A stretch of DNA of 60,502 bases, counting the filler, from Sphacelaria rigidula (lineage: Eukaryota), in assembly GCA_964200075.2 (NCBI GenBank). It is 9 parts of 9 records of this genome, joined end to end, with 100 filler letters (N's around TTAATTAATTAA, not from the genome) between each part and the next. Parts side by side here need not be neighbours in the genome. Positions count along the whole stretch, not along the records: positions 20,203 to 26,836 come from CAXNAA020018933.1; positions 26,937 to 33,570 come from CAXNAA020018934.1; positions 33,671 to 40,303 come from CAXNAA020018935.1; 6 more parts are not named here. One strand, 5' to 3'. The number at the start of each line of letters is the position of its first letter. The stretch's first letter is position 1. Position numbers and translations under genes: made by a program. Below, piece after piece: positions 24,449-37,323 of the stretch. Below the pieces are notes generated by a model. It was not told the DNA's origin, searched no databases, and worked only from the letters and a program-made list of their open reading frames with translations.

Positions 24449-26936
24449 ACATTCAACAAGGCTGCCCGTAGGAGGGGCGCTTGAGCAAAACCCAAAAAGT
24501 GACCAGGGAGGACATTGAGACATGCAGAGGACGTGAGGGGAATGGATTGCCGACCCTCATGGACAAATACATCGGTCTGATCAAAGGGGGGAATACTGTC
24601 TGCGGTTTGCTTGGAATTGGTTAAGTCGACCAAGTACTGTCCAGTGAGGGCGGAGGATCCGTTCCGTCTCACAAGATTCACATGAATGTGTTGAGGTTCA
24701 CGGGACAGAGAGACGACGTGGTCTCCAACATAATACAGTCGAAAAGCATCACCTGTTTGTGTTGGGTCATCGACATAGGCCTGAGCCCCTGGATCAGCGT
24801 CGTGATGTCCCAATTTCAATCTGCCTGTCAGTTGTCGGTTCGAAACAGGTGAGTTTGTCGTGTATGTATGTGTGGGAAAACGTAGCCAGCTATCACGTCC
24901 CAAGAGAACATCAACCGACATGGAACCACCGGGCACAATGAGTGCCCACACAGCTAATCATGCAGTGGGACCCGTGTCATCGAAGAAGTGTACACTGAGT
25001 CGTACTGATTGATCAACCGTAAGGGGAGTGGAGGCACCAAACCCGCCAAAAATACGAGGCGGAACAGTAGAAAGGCAATGTTTATCTGCTGCTCCAGCGT
25101 TCATCATGTGTTGCCAGCAGCTGGCTGTGATGACAGTTTGTGGCGAGCCAGTGTCGGGCAGGGCAACGGCCATCAAAGGGCGCGTTGCATACACCCCACT
25201 ATGTATACCTATTCGGGTTGTGGAGGAGGCGTCATCCATGAGTGCAGTTCCACTGACCAAGTCTGGTCCGTATTCCGACAAGTGATCTGCAGCCACATCG
25301 CTCTTGTGTTGTTGGGCAATGGTACTAAAATAGACTTGAGATTGATCCTCCGGAACGAATGTGTTTTCCGAAGGGCCGTCGTGGCACGGGCGGTTTTGCA
25401 TGGCGTGTGGTGCAGTAGACGAATGTTGGATTTCGTACACAGTCAGGGATGGACGACGGCTAGGAAAGAAAGTGGATGTGGATGTTTGCAATAATTGTTT
25501 GAAGCTATGAGAAACAGGGGAGAAACAGTCCTGATCGGACTGCAATTTGGACGGCACAGTCGGGGTTTGTCCGGCACCATGAGACATACATGCAGGGCGT
25601 AGCGGTTTTACTGTCCCAACACGTGTCAACGCTACTTTATTCTTCAACATAGATTCCGAGGGGTCGGCAAGAAGCGGTGCTGATCTGCTTGGGATCTGGG
25701 AAACACCGACCCGTTCTACGACGAGGCCTTCATCCGCTGTGCCCGGCACCCGGGCACCTTCTTGGTGGGCGGATGCAGCGGTAACTACAGGTTTATTTAC
25801 AGTTTCATCCGGAAGAGCCTTCTCCTGGTGTCGCGTATAGCGCACTCTAGAGCCGGCTGTTCCAGGGGCTTTTGGGAAGTTGGCAAGGTCAGTCGGTTCG
25901 TGGCTACACGCGTGGCGCTTGGTCGGCACTGTCGCTTGGGATTCCTTCCCAACCCGCTGAGCTACGGAAAGCAAGGGTTCGGCACTGGCGCGCGTAGTGC
26001 ACGAAAAATTACGCTCACCAAATAAAAGGGGGCCGGGTACACGCGGAATTTCGCACGCATGTGTTACCGGGTTCGACTGGACTCCTGAGTCCTTCTCGGG
26101 GCTGGGGAGTCTCTGTAAACGTTTCATCCTACGATGAACTGTCGTAGGGGTAACAGCTACCGTATCAGAAGATGTTCCTGCTTCCAAGGCGGTAGGCGCT
26201 ACGCTACACGACTGCCGATTCCGCGGGGCGATCGGATCCAACTGGCATGGATTACTACCACTCGGAAATACAACTGGGTGATCAGATCCAGTATGAAAAC
26301 ACTGGGGTTGGTCATTGCGCATTTGGGAGTCATGCAATGTTGCACGGGACGGTGCTGTCATGGAACCCATCATGACAGAACGGTCATCGCTAGCGTACCC
26401 ACACCACAAGCGAGAACCCACGCTGGCCGAAGAGGATTTTGTCAAGTGGTGAGGGTGCACTGGCTGAGTGAAAGAAATTATATTGCCGCGGTTTGTTGTT
26501 GAAGGTTGCTGTGGCCCGACTGTGGACCTATGGTCGACAATAGGGTTTGAAGTAGAAGTGTTATCAAAATGTAAAGAGGGTGACGGCGAAGCGTTACAAG
26601 CGGCCACACACGTAGGGGTACCCCGTCGGTGATGTGGAAACGCGGGGTGTTGTGCGTTTCCCAAACACCGTCAGGTGGTACGTTTGGCATTGGTAGAGTC
26701 GTGGGTCCCATTCTGACGGGATGTGTTCGGGGCAGTAGATGTGTTTGTGGGGGGGCTAGGAGTACTTGAGTGTTGAGTCTGGTTTGGCGGTTGAAACGCG
26801 CCAGAATGGGCGGGGGGTACGTGAGAGGGGGCCGCGNNNNNNNNNNNNNNNNNNNNNNNNNNNNNNNNNNNNNNNNNNNNTTAATTAATTAANNNNNNNN
26901 NNNNNNNNNNNNNNNNNNNNNNNNNNNNNNNNNNNN

Positions 26937-27210
26937 GGGTGTCTCACCATGTAAACACTGCGTAGTACGATCATCCCCACTGTGCGGAGTTGAGGTTCTT
27001 CCACGCCGCACAACATGATCTAGCTCGACTACCATCATGGCTATCGCGACAACGAAACGCAAGCCCGTAAACCTAAATCGGTAACCTGGTTGCCTAGCTT
27101 ACGCAGTGAGTGGCGTGGTGTATAGCGTCATCGGCAACCGACGCCAACCCCATCGGGGATCCGCCCCTACAAAGCCGTGACGGAGCACACCGGGTTCTCG
27201 CTGGACCAGG
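26937..27210 (-). mobile_element. 3' end of a related LINE subfamily (tacaaagccgggacggagcac type); other fragments at 13469-13530 and about 28305-28410
   Basis: cgacgccaaccccatcgggg.tccgccc is shared with 13469; ctacaaagccg.gacggagcac is shared by all three. The contig begins in a G-run at its 3' end. Confidence 0.55.
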
Positions 27211-27712
27211 GGCTGGGCGGGTTCGCAGACCCCAGGCACAAATCAAATGACCAGTCGACCACATCCGCACTTGCCGCGCCTACAGCACGTGCACCTCCCA
27301 GCACATAGTCCACGCTGTTCAGTTGATCAGCGACAGCTGTTGTTAGTGTCCACCGCATTCATGTACTCCTTCGACCGGCGCGATAATTTTAGTGCTGTTC
27401 TGAGATAGGATTCACGCACGAGTAACTATCTCGCGCGGCATATCTACATAATGCGTGGTAATAGTCGCTTATACGTAGGCACCGTCTCAACGGCAAAAAT
27501 CTTTATTGCGAGCGTCCCTCCAAAAAACGACTGTTCTCTGAGCGTCCAAACTAGGGGATTGGGGGGTGAAGGGATTACCACTAAGGGATTAGCGGCGAGT
27601 AATCGAGAAGAAACGATCCATCAGATCTCGGCAGCATATTGCAAGTGCGCCACGTTTCGACCGTCGCTACTACTACGGCAACATTGTCACAGGGGGGCAT
27701 TGGCACACGTTA

Positions 27713-28002
27713 CACCCTGCCTTAAACGAGGGGAAAATGAGAACGATTGTGACGAGGATATTAAGAGTGACGAACAGACCACGCGTGGCAACCATTGTAC
27801 GTTCCCTTTCGCATTTTCATTCGACTGTTTCTCCGTTTTTCGAAGAAGTGGATTCAAAGACAATTGGTTTTGATGGGCCTGAAGGAACGAATGCGATGAG
27901 AATACGATAGGGAACGGAAAATGGTTGCAACACGTGGGCTGTTCGTCGTAATCGTTCTCATTGTCACGATGGCATTCTCATTTTTTCTCGATAGCACGGG
28001 GG
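27713..28002. repeat. Degenerate palindromic (foldback) element
   Basis: gaaaatgagaacgattgtgacg...ccacgcgtggcaaccatt...gttccctttcg is mirrored by cgatagggaacgg...atggttgcaacacgtgg...ttctcattttttctcg. Confidence 0.65.
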
Positions 28003-29076
28003 CTAAGTCCCCATGATGGTACATCTATTAAGTTTCACCTCAAGTCAACGGCGGGGATCAGCGAAATAGGCACGGACAATGCGGAATAGAGGGTTTTGCC
28101 CTGTCGTCGACACAGTATCCATTTGTTCATCATTTTACTGCATGCGGCCTGTGCGGCAAGAGAGAAGCGTTTGTGGGACATTATGTCAAGGTCTTTGTGG
28201 AAGCCTCACTTAGGTTCCCATCTTCAGACCGGATGTACATCCTATATGTATGTGTATATGGGTATAATGAACGAAATGGCCCCTATAATTCAGGGGAAAG
28301 GAGCGGAGTGTGTACTCATAACCTTTCATGCCGGATTCATCAGACCATTGACCTCGCATCCCTACAAAGCCGGGACGGAGCACGCTGGGTTCTCGCCGGA
28401 CCAGGCTCGCAATCGATCGCCAAGCACGAAGCGCCGCGGTGTGTTCGGCGAGTCGCATGAAGGGTGAGCTGCATCCTACTGAGGTTGTTCGACTCGAAGC
28501 TTTCTGATTATCTTGCACTAGGATGACAGCCTACAATGCGTCGCTTCATTTTCTGGTATCGCCATTTTCAGAGACAGCCACGGCTTCTACATCGCCTCAT
28601 AGGTGTCTCACCATAGAGGGCGGAGGGCAGGAGGGGGCGTTCATTGCTTGTTGAAACTAAAACTAATGTCCGTTGGCAATTAGTTCTACTCCTATACCTC
28701 CCATGCTCCGGCATAGCACGGCACTCGTCTATGTGTCAAAATACATCTGGGCTTCAATCACCCTGCATGACAATAAATGTATATGAATGGTGGCGTCATC
28801 GAATCTTTTCGGGCTCGTGCAGCCGCTCTTATAGGGAAAAAAAAAGAAGTTATGGACCAAAAAAGCTAGAAGTTTCATTTTATCGAAGTTGGTTCGCTTA
28901 CCTTACCTCAGTTACGTCCATCGTGAGATGGACCTCCTGCAGTCTTGTGATTGGGAAGAAAAAAAAATGTGATCTGCGCTGCAGATACACTCGTTCTGCG
29001 TGCACTACGCCAGATGAACCATGCAGCAAAAAGTAGCTCAAGTTCCCAAATTTCGTAGTGCTCCCATCCTGCCAAG

Positions 29077-29399
29077 GACATTTTTTACGATAGCCTCCCC
29101 CCTAAAAGTGGCTGGTTTGGGGATGCAAAATTTACACGTACATTGAAATGAAAAAAGCCTAGTACAACGAGCAGCGGAGAGTCCCCACGCTCCGGTTTGT
29201 TTTCGCCAATGTCGCCTACATGAGGCGCTTCACGAACCCTGAAACCAAACATCAGGCGCTGCATAACCATTTTTTCATGACAGTTTTGGGCTGGTTTGTT
29301 TTGGGGGGGGTATACTCATGATCATGCATGCCATAGTCATTTAAACCTTTGACCGCGCGGCTGTTTTTTGGGGGGGGAGGGGCTATCGTCGAAAGTGTC
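29077..29399. mobile_element. Second full copy of the 4-bp-TSD MITE (TSD CAAG), carrying an independent about 48-nt LINE-tail insert at 29311-29358
   Basis: TIRs gacattttttacgatagcc / ggctatcgtcgaaagtgtc; CAAG at 29073-29076 and 29400-29403; body co-linear with 24120-24448. Confidence 0.85.
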
Positions 29400-29424
29400 C
29401 AAGCATACATCACACCGGCCATAC

Positions 29425-32360
29425 CCCTCGCGAGGCAGATGGGACGGCATGGAGCTCGTCGACGGGAAGCCCACGGAGATATCCTCGAGAACTCGAGGCT
29501 GGTGGAACTATAGAGGGGCATGCTAAAACGCCGCAAAAAGCCCTCCCCCCAAGGATGTGCGCTCTTTGCCGTGGGCATACGTCGTACAATCGGCAGTACC
29601 TGCTCAGTGTAAATGAAGTAGTTTTCGAGGAGCATCACGATTTGGCTGGTACTTTCGACTCAAATGGAGTAACCCATGGCGTCTCCGCCTGATACGTGAA
29701 AGAGTGAGAAAATACGAGAAATGGCCGAATGCTCTGCCTCATTTTATCGTCTCACAATTCTCAGCTACGCAGAGGTAAGAGCGACACACACACTGATATC
29801 ACCTCTCGAATAGAGAGTTTCGGACAACGCTTTTTTTGTCATTCCAGAGTGCAAATATCTCAAGATCAGAGTGCGAAATGAAAAAAAAAAAAAAAAACCT
29901 CATCCACAAAAGGTTGAGGGAATACTACATATGACGGACGGGGAAATAATTTCTCGTTACAGCCAGATCCTGAGATATTTGCACTCTAAAATGACAAAAA
30001 AAGCATTTTCCGAAACTCTCTAATATGCACACTTGGTGTTAGGTGCCCGTAGTCATTTTCCATGCTTCTCACGTACCGGCCCATCAAAATCACGTTACCC
30101 ATTTATCACACAACAAATGATACTGGAGTAAGACTCTTCATCCCGTGACGCTGAGTTTGCAGCGGCGCTTGACGACCGCACTAGCAATCAATTATTCTTC
30201 GGTTCTTGTAGAAGTAGTGCTCATACGCGTCATTCTCCTGTCCGAACCTCGGGGTGTGGGACAGTGCACACCGTACAACGTCTCTTAGTACCTGTGGTGG
30301 CAGGTCCGACGGTTGGTGATGCCCACGCCTCCGTTCCCGCACCGTTCCTCGTGTCTTTCCTCGGAGTGTTTCGCGGAGCCGCCTCTCTGGTGAAGGCGAG
30401 AACTGACAGACCGAACACACGTGCGATGACAGGAAAACAACGCAAGTTCCACGGGCTGACTTGACTTGGACGATCACTCATCACTATAAACAGAGTATCT
30501 TACATGGTACGTTTACGGTGTTGTCGCCACAGTTGTTGTTGTTGTTGTTGTCGTTGTTTCTCACACTCGTCATTTTCCAGAAGTCTATCACCCGTGGATA
30601 CAAAGCCATGCCACAAAAAGACAGAATACCGAGGAGAAAATGATAATACGCCCACGAACAGGAAAACGCGGCGTCCCGAAGGGCAGGCCTTTAGAAACAC
30701 GTACGTCAGCGAAAAAATAAAAGACACTAAAAAATGCACGGACGGCTCGAAAGAACAAACCAAAAATATCAAGTCACGGCTAGACAAACCCAACCCCTCC
30801 GACCTGCTCCTCGCAACTGTCGTCTTGTGCCTAACATCTTGTCGCTGAGAAAATGTACAACGGCATTTAACGACGCAGAGGTACGAGTGTCCTGCACCCA
30901 CCTTAGACAGCGAAGCGGCGGACAACAAACAGAGAGAGGAGATCACAACCTTGCTGTTTCTTGTGCTGCGCCTTGCTTTTTTTCGTTTATAGAACAGGGA
31001 AGTGGTGGTCTTACGTGTTCGGCATTTGGATAGACGCTACATCATGTACGCGCCCACGATACCAACGAAGGCGTGGTTGTTACCGTTGGAAAGCTGCGTG
31101 TTGCAGAATCGGCCGATCTTTTATGTCTTTTTCACGACAAGGCGCTGCACTCGTTGCTGATTTAACGATAAAAAATCCGCCATGCTTCGTTTCGAATGTG
31201 TTCTACTCTCGAGTTTGTCAAAACTTGCGTGCAGAACTGGTTCTGTTGGGAACTGTGGAGCATTACACGAAAGTCATTCTTTGCGACGTTTGAAACTCGC
31301 GACCGTTCGTGATTTTTGGTTATGTACACCTTGAAAATGCCGGAATCGGACTGCTGCAGCTGCATGCTCAAGTGTCGGATAGTTTGACTCAGCCCGAGAC
31401 CAAACCTGCCTGTTCGAACTAAAGGTGCAGCGATAACGCCTCTATCCCTGGACTTCATACGCGCATTCTCTTGCTGAAAAAATCGGAGAAACAACATAGA
31501 TGCAGCTTTTCCACGACCAAGGTTTAGAGAGAATGTTTCAAACACTCTCCGATGGATGATTTCTTTTGTTTGTTCTATATTCTCATTTTTCTCACCTTAT
31601 TTCTCTTTAGCGAGCGATTCCGTTCTGCTCACCTTGGGCTCATCCATCTCGTGGATAATGACCGAGGCAAGGCGGGGTCCTTCCCTCGGGGATAAGTTGA
31701 TGTGCGACAAGCGATCAATAAATCAATCCACAAAGCTCGCTACGGGTATAGTAGGACGGTACAGAAACAGACACAACGCGTCGTCCGCAGAGCAGTATGC
31801 TCAATGTACAATATGGCAGATATCTGTTGGTCTGTTCCACCTTTTCTGGCTTTTTTTCTTTACTTTTCTTCAGCGAATGTTACAGTTTTGTTATTGTCTC
31901 GGGTACGTACGTCTATCATGTGGATAATGGCCAGGACTGGATCATGACTCCTTGGGGATCAGTTGAAGTGCGACGATCAAAATCAACCAATCAATCAATC
32001 AATATGCTTTATACTCATCCGATTCATCTCATCGTTGATCTGGGTTACATATTATTTGCATCGGCCGTAATATCTTCAGTCATCGGCGATTCATTGATAC
32101 TTTCGGGGCAAACGACTGTAATAAGCCATTGCGTCGTATCGTCATCAGTCATGGTAAAGTGGCTACATGTTACATGTTGGTGCTTGTGGCCGGTATATTC
32201 GATGCACCTCGCTGAGCAGGCCTTGCGTCTCGCGAACCTCCCGGAGCACAGCCTCTCCAAGGGCGTTCTCCGCCAGCCGGGCATTTCTCTCCTCCTCAAG
32301 TAGTGCCGTCCACCTCGCCGCTTCTTCTCCTCTCAGCACCCTTTCTTTACGCAGCAGCTC
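29425..32360 (-). CDS. Partial multi-exon hypothetical coiled-coil protein; exons 32360-32208, 31473-31330, 30844-30804, 30386-30292, 29507-29425
   Basis: Five GT-AG exons with compatible phases (0,0,2,1) give ELLRKERVLRGEEAARWTALLEEERNARLAE...LLSE|QENARMKSRD...GIFK|RQDVRHKTTVARSR|EAAPRNTPRK...PATTV|PPASSSRGYLRG. The first exon is the best supported; no family recognised. Confidence 0.55.
29813..30020. mobile_element. MITE with about 55-bp TIRs (TA or AAT TSD)
   Basis: gagagtttcggacaacgctttttttgtcattccagagtgcaaatatctcaagatc versus gatcctgagatatttgcactctaaaatgacaaaaaaagcattttccgaaactctc, with TA on both flanks. Confidence 0.8.
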
Positions 32361-33677
32361 CTGTGCAGATGAGAAAAAAAAAGGGTCGACTCAGAATAGC
32401 ACAAGTGGTGTACTGTAATGACTGCCATAGCTCGAGGATTACTGCAAGAGCGATCCGTCCATCACTCACTCGCTCACTTGCGAGACCCGTCCGATGAACT
32501 TCGGATGAAAAATGGTCACGGAGTCATCCTACGATAGGGGGGGGGGGCATTTCGGGCTTGTTCTTGCACGCAATTTCAAGCCAAATTGTCGTTGAAAGCA
32601 GCAACGGTTGTTTGAACGAGCTTGTTATAGATATACAACGCTCATTCATACTGCTTGACATCGTTTTTTTACCAAATACAAGGGCACCGCGAGTGTGGCA
32701 CGTCGTCTGACACACCTGTGGTCCTCTTTTCTCGTGCAATCAAATGCCTCCCCCCCCCATTCGTAGGATGACTCCACGAGTGAAAATGGAATCAATCGCG
32801 AGTGGAAAAAATGTATGAACAGAAGTACGCAACCTACTCGTTGAAGAGTCAGATTTTCTCTTCGGCTCACGGTACGTGGTGGGTGTCTCTACACAGTGGA
32901 TCATGACTTCTTGTACTACATATCCAACGACGGCAGATGGTGCAGACATAATGGAGGATGACAGTATTAAGACGTACAAGATGTGTAGTATGCTCCCGAA
33001 CCATTTACCGAAGTAGAGCATCAGAGTCGTCAGCCTTACAGTGCTTGCGCGAACGTGATCAGCTTCCCCCCAAAATCCGGATTCCGGTCGTACATGACCA
33101 ACAAACAGTGAACTCCAAGTCCTGGGTTCCAGTGCCGCTACACCTAGGTCTCCGACAAAGCAAATTTGCTTGCAGACATCTGAACATTCAGCAAATTCAC
33201 GTATTTTGCGTAGGAAATTACACTGTGGGAGATCTCGACCCGCCGTTAGACGGAGAGTCGGAATGTTGAGTGCTGAGGGGTGTATAGTACGGTCACGTAC
33301 GTCACCAAACTGGTGACTGCTCGGATACCGTACGACGTAATCGGCTATTATATTTCAGGGACAATCGCATTCTGTGCGACAATCGGGCAGAAAATACTCA
33401 CAGGCTACCACGAAATTTTTGTTTTTCAGTCTCGTCTGGCACGGTAACTGCAAGGTCACTCTTTTTCATCAAAAATGAGTCATGGAGAGTCGGGTGCTTT
33501 CCTTCAGGGAGGCTGGGGGGGGGGGGTGTACTCATGATCATGCTTGCCATAGTCATCAGACCATTGACCTNNNNNNNNNNNNNNNNNNNNNNNNNNNNNN
33601 NNNNNNNNNNNNNNTTAATTAATTAANNNNNNNNNNNNNNNNNNNNNNNNNNNNNNNNNNNNNNNNNNNNGTTGGAT

Positions 33678-34107
33678 TGATAAAGAGCAAGCGGCAGTAT
33701 AATGCAAGGACACAGCTTCCAACCCAAGGCACAAGCTTGGCAGGCAAGTGTACAACCGTCAGGCTGTTACAACTTGTAGATACCGTGTGACCTGCTCAGC
33801 ATGGAAATATCAGACGAGATTCACGCAATAGGTTCTTCACTTCTCTCTTGATTATCTTGATTCTAACTCCGATACCCACTAAATCAATCCAACTCAGACC
33901 AGCCAATATCTCTCACCGATGGTTAGACTTCCTTTTGCTGGCTAGCAGAGGGGAGCAGTTGATAATGCTGGAGGATGGGGGAGCTATGTCGGTCCCAACC
34001 GATATATCTTGCCATCTTTCACAAATATACAAGCTCACATCCGAACCCGACCAACTCTGAACAGACCTGCAATCTTGTCTACTGGGATGCCCAATATCTT
34101 CATGACA
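33678..34107 (+). repeat. Solo-LTR-like repeat, copy 1
   Basis: About 430 bp homologous to the reverse complement of 37324-37805; ends tcttcatgaca. Confidence 0.6.
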
Positions 34108-35719
34108 TGCCCGTGCTTGCTGTAGAACAATTCGTATCTGACTCGAAAACATAGAGGAATAATTAAGTGCACGAATGCTTGACATTCCTATACACAGACA
34201 CGCCATCTACTTGTTGCAACTTCACGAGAATCATGTTTTGGATCATAATTGTGGTTCATTTCAGCACTTTCGCACCTAATAACCCTGATAGCAACAGATC
34301 CTCAGAAATGGGGTTGAACACAAAAATGAGGTTTAAGTGGTACAACCAAATAGTTGGCTATTAGCGAAACAGTCACGCCAATATTTTTTTCCCCAAAAAA
34401 CCAATTATGTAGCAGTTCAGCAGGTGTGGATATTGATTGGTGCACCGAACCGATGCGGTAAACACGCGTGTTGATGATGATACCACCGGAGGAGCAACGG
34501 CGGAGAGTAAGCTTCTCGCCCGTGTACTTTGTGTGTCCTCGTTCGGCAATTCCCAACCGCTGGAGAGAGCGGCATCATGTTACCGGCACATACCAAATAT
34601 GCCATGTGCCGGCAGGCGGGGTATTACTGCACAGGCCCCCAAAGCACGTCGGGTGCCTAGGGGTCTCGCCTCTTCTTGTCCGTGGCGCTGACCAACGAAA
34701 AAATCAATTCCTCTCTGCCTCTTTTTTGGACAGGACGCGCCTCTGTGCGCTGCAGAACATCTCGTCGAAAGCAGGGCAATGCTCCCCTCACGAATATTGT
34801 TCTCACACATACACAAGGCAGCAAGGAGGATGGTTGCGGCAAAAAGATCCAATCGCAACATGGGGGGGGGTGTTATCGTCATCGTTGATTTTACCGGGCA
34901 TGTGCACCTGTGCGTGCATGATAAGGATAAGAGCGTGCTACACCCCAGTTGGGAGGATGCTCGAGAGGTTAAACACTTGTAGAGACTTTCTTGGCATACG
35001 GGGTGAAAAAAGATACCTCTGGCGGCGACCTAACTGTTGCTGGCGTGACCCTTAAGGGGGCCGCAATCATGTAATCTGAGCTCCTCTGATGCACAACCGG
35101 TCGGATGCTCAGCAGGCTGCGTGGGTGCGGATATCTTTTGGAAATTCCTGCGTGAGGAGGTCATTACAAGCTGGAACGAGATACATGTTTTCAAGAGGAG
35201 CAAGAGTGCTCAATAATCAACCACTTGCCGTTGAATGTGTGATCCAGACCATCAACCGCCGACCGCAAAGGTCTTGCCTAAGAATAGCTTTTAAGCAACG
35301 TTAGTGGTAGTACGCAGACAAGACCGGACATAGCTAGATTTCGTTGCTCTACTGACTGTCTGTACAATCACCGTAGCACCCAAATTGACGATGGTAGTAT
35401 ACAACAGGACAGTTCCGTTTATTTTTACTTATTGCATAGAATCAAAACGGCTCTCAAGAGCTGCGGGAAAGTGCCCGCTTCGGATTCGGTCAAACGTGTG
35501 AAGATACTGTCGAACAGTTACCCCCAACTATATTTGGATTGGCATAAAGGAATCAATATAGAACCGAACTGAAACCGATAGGTTTACGATCTAAATGGAA
35601 GATTGTGCAGATGAAACTCTTTGCAGGTGGAAAAACGCGGAATTTCATTCGGAGAAAAATTTCTGCCCGTCGATATTCCATAGAGCGTGCAAGAAGTCTG
35701 TCGTCGTTCTTTGAATACC

Positions 35720-37320
35720 TGGTGCGTACAATCACGTTTGATCATAGTACATATTCTGAATCCTCATATCGAGATGCGAGTCTCTTAGGATTACGTTCAT
35801 CTTGCCTTTCTCTCCCTCACCCTTTTCTATTTCTTCATTGTCTGTGTGCATCCCAAGAACAGCTTTTGGAAACCTCTGCAACAAGTATGTATACTGGTCT
35901 ACGATCGGTCATTCCTCTTCTTCCCACTCCCATTTGAACTCTACCAGATGTTCTTATCTTCGTTACTTACAAATACCACGCATCCTTTTACTTTCGCTAT
36001 CACTCTCCATCTCCTAGGGTGTTCTAGCGCGTTTTCTATTGTTTTTTGCAACCCTTCTGGTGTGTCTGATATCCCCACGAAAGCATCCGCGAACATCAAC
36101 CCCGATATCGTATCTTCCTCCACCGTGATCCTCGTTGCTTTCTGCTGATTCTGTTGCTACCATCAGATCATCGATAACACTATATTCGTGAGATTCAGAG
36201 TGTAGTTCCAGATTCAGAGTCAGGATGTCAAACGAAAGAACTGTTTTCTTGGTGGTCGATTCTTATGCGAAAAAATTCCGCGTTACAAATCAACCAACAT
36301 TGGAGGCTGTGAAAACACGCACGTTCATTTCTCGGATTGGTTGATGGATGACGCGAACTGCTTCGCATAAGAATCGACCACGAAGAAAACGGTTCTTCCG
36401 TCTGAAATCCGTTACGTTTCAAACGGAAGAACTGTTTTCTTCGTGGTCGATTCTTGTGCGAAACAGTTCGCGTCACCAATCAACCAATCCGAGTAATGAA
36501 CGTGCGTGTTTTCACAGTCTCCAATGTTGGTTGATTAGTTTCGCGGACTGTTTCGCATAAGATCCGACCACAAAGGAAACAGTTCTTCCGTTTGAAATCC
36601 TGACTCTGAATCTGGAACTACACTCTGAATCTCACGAATATAGTGTTCCGATAAGTAAGTCAAATGAATAAAGTGGTTGATGACGTACATCCTTGTGCAA
36701 CTCCTTACAAGATATCAAAATATTTCAATACGTCCCCGTCTAGCATCATGGCACTTTTCGCACATCCTGTCATCTTTCTCACCATCCTCGGCATCTTTCC
36801 TCTAACCCCACTTTCCCACATCTTTTTTCACAGCCCATTTCTCCATACTGTGCCATATGCCTTTTGTACGTCTAGAAAGAAATAGGACGTTGTCAACCCG
36901 GTGCATTTCCTACCTTGAAAACTATTACCTAATGTGTATACAAGGTCTTCGCAGCTGCGGTTTCGTCTAAATCCTGCTTGTCCCTCGTTCATACTTGTTT
37001 TCTTCTTCAGTATCGTTCCCACCCTCTCGTTCGGAATCTTACGAGATATAATCCATACGGTGCTCAGTAGCGTTATCCCTTCATTATTCCCGGGGTCACC
37101 CTTGTGTCTTTTTCTGAAAGGTTTACTTCTTCTCCTTCTCTCTACATCTTTGGTGTGTACTGGCTTTCCTCGATCCAATTAAACAGCATAACCATCATGA
37201 TAACCATTCAATCTGCCCTGTACTTCATAAATCTACGTGCTATTTCGTCTGCCCCTGCTGTCTTTCTATTCTCAAGTTTAGCCACACCACCCCCCTTTAG
37301 TTCCTCTCTTGTGAACACTA
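35720..37320 (-). pseudogene. LINE (non-LTR retrotransposon) reverse transcriptase remnant
   Basis: Fragments AKLENRKTAGADEI, GDPGNNEGITLLSTV, EGQAGFRRNRSC, FFLDVQKAYGTVWRNGL, GVAQGC, GLMFADAFVG and DQYTYL, with many stops and frameshifts. Interrupted by 36178-36645 and bordered by 37324-37805. Confidence 0.9.
36178..36645. mobile_element. Fully palindromic foldback MITE with CACTA termini, inserted between RT motifs QG and FADD
   Basis: About 50-bp near-perfect TIR cactatattcgtgagattcagagtgtagttccagattcagagtcaggat; each half is itself an imperfect palindrome. TSD unclear (cgataa lies near both ends). Confidence 0.8.
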
Positions 37321-37323
37321 TAT

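Larger units (their letters stand above)
20203..26664 (-). pseudogene. pol: Gypsy pol polyprotein pseudogene (PR about 24890-25200, RT 22867-23800, RH about 22480-22866, INT about 20380-21480)
   Basis: In-frame stops (e.g. 24958-24960 and 22867-22869), frameshifts (about 21340 in the integrase HHCC, about 20425 before WTGPW), catalytic YLDD changed to YLDG, and a MITE insertion at 24120-24448. Confidence 0.92.
20203..26836 (-). mobile_element. Ty3/Gypsy LTR retrotransposon internal region, defective; LTRs lie outside the contig
   Basis: Domain order PR (LPDTGS...VLLGRD), RT (PYR..SSWASP..YQRLN..DMQSGYHQ..TPQG..YLDG), RNase H (LHTDSS..EQEAGAIVWG..TDHKSL), integrase (HxxxxxxH..CxxC, SWDYFGP, SDNG, TNGGTERVN, WTGPW). 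Confidence 0.96.

Noticed and set aside
22860..24960. TGA/TAG stops in Gypsy pol as evidence of RIP-like or methylation-driven mutation, or of recoding
   Set aside because: There are only a few events and no consensus to compare, and frameshifts are also present, so ordinary decay suffices.
33009..33180. Additional upstream exon of the coiled-coil gene; likewise 40457-40587 as a carrier exon and 50309-50337 as an MFS exon
   Set aside because: Plausible splice signals, but neither phase nor homology support could be established.
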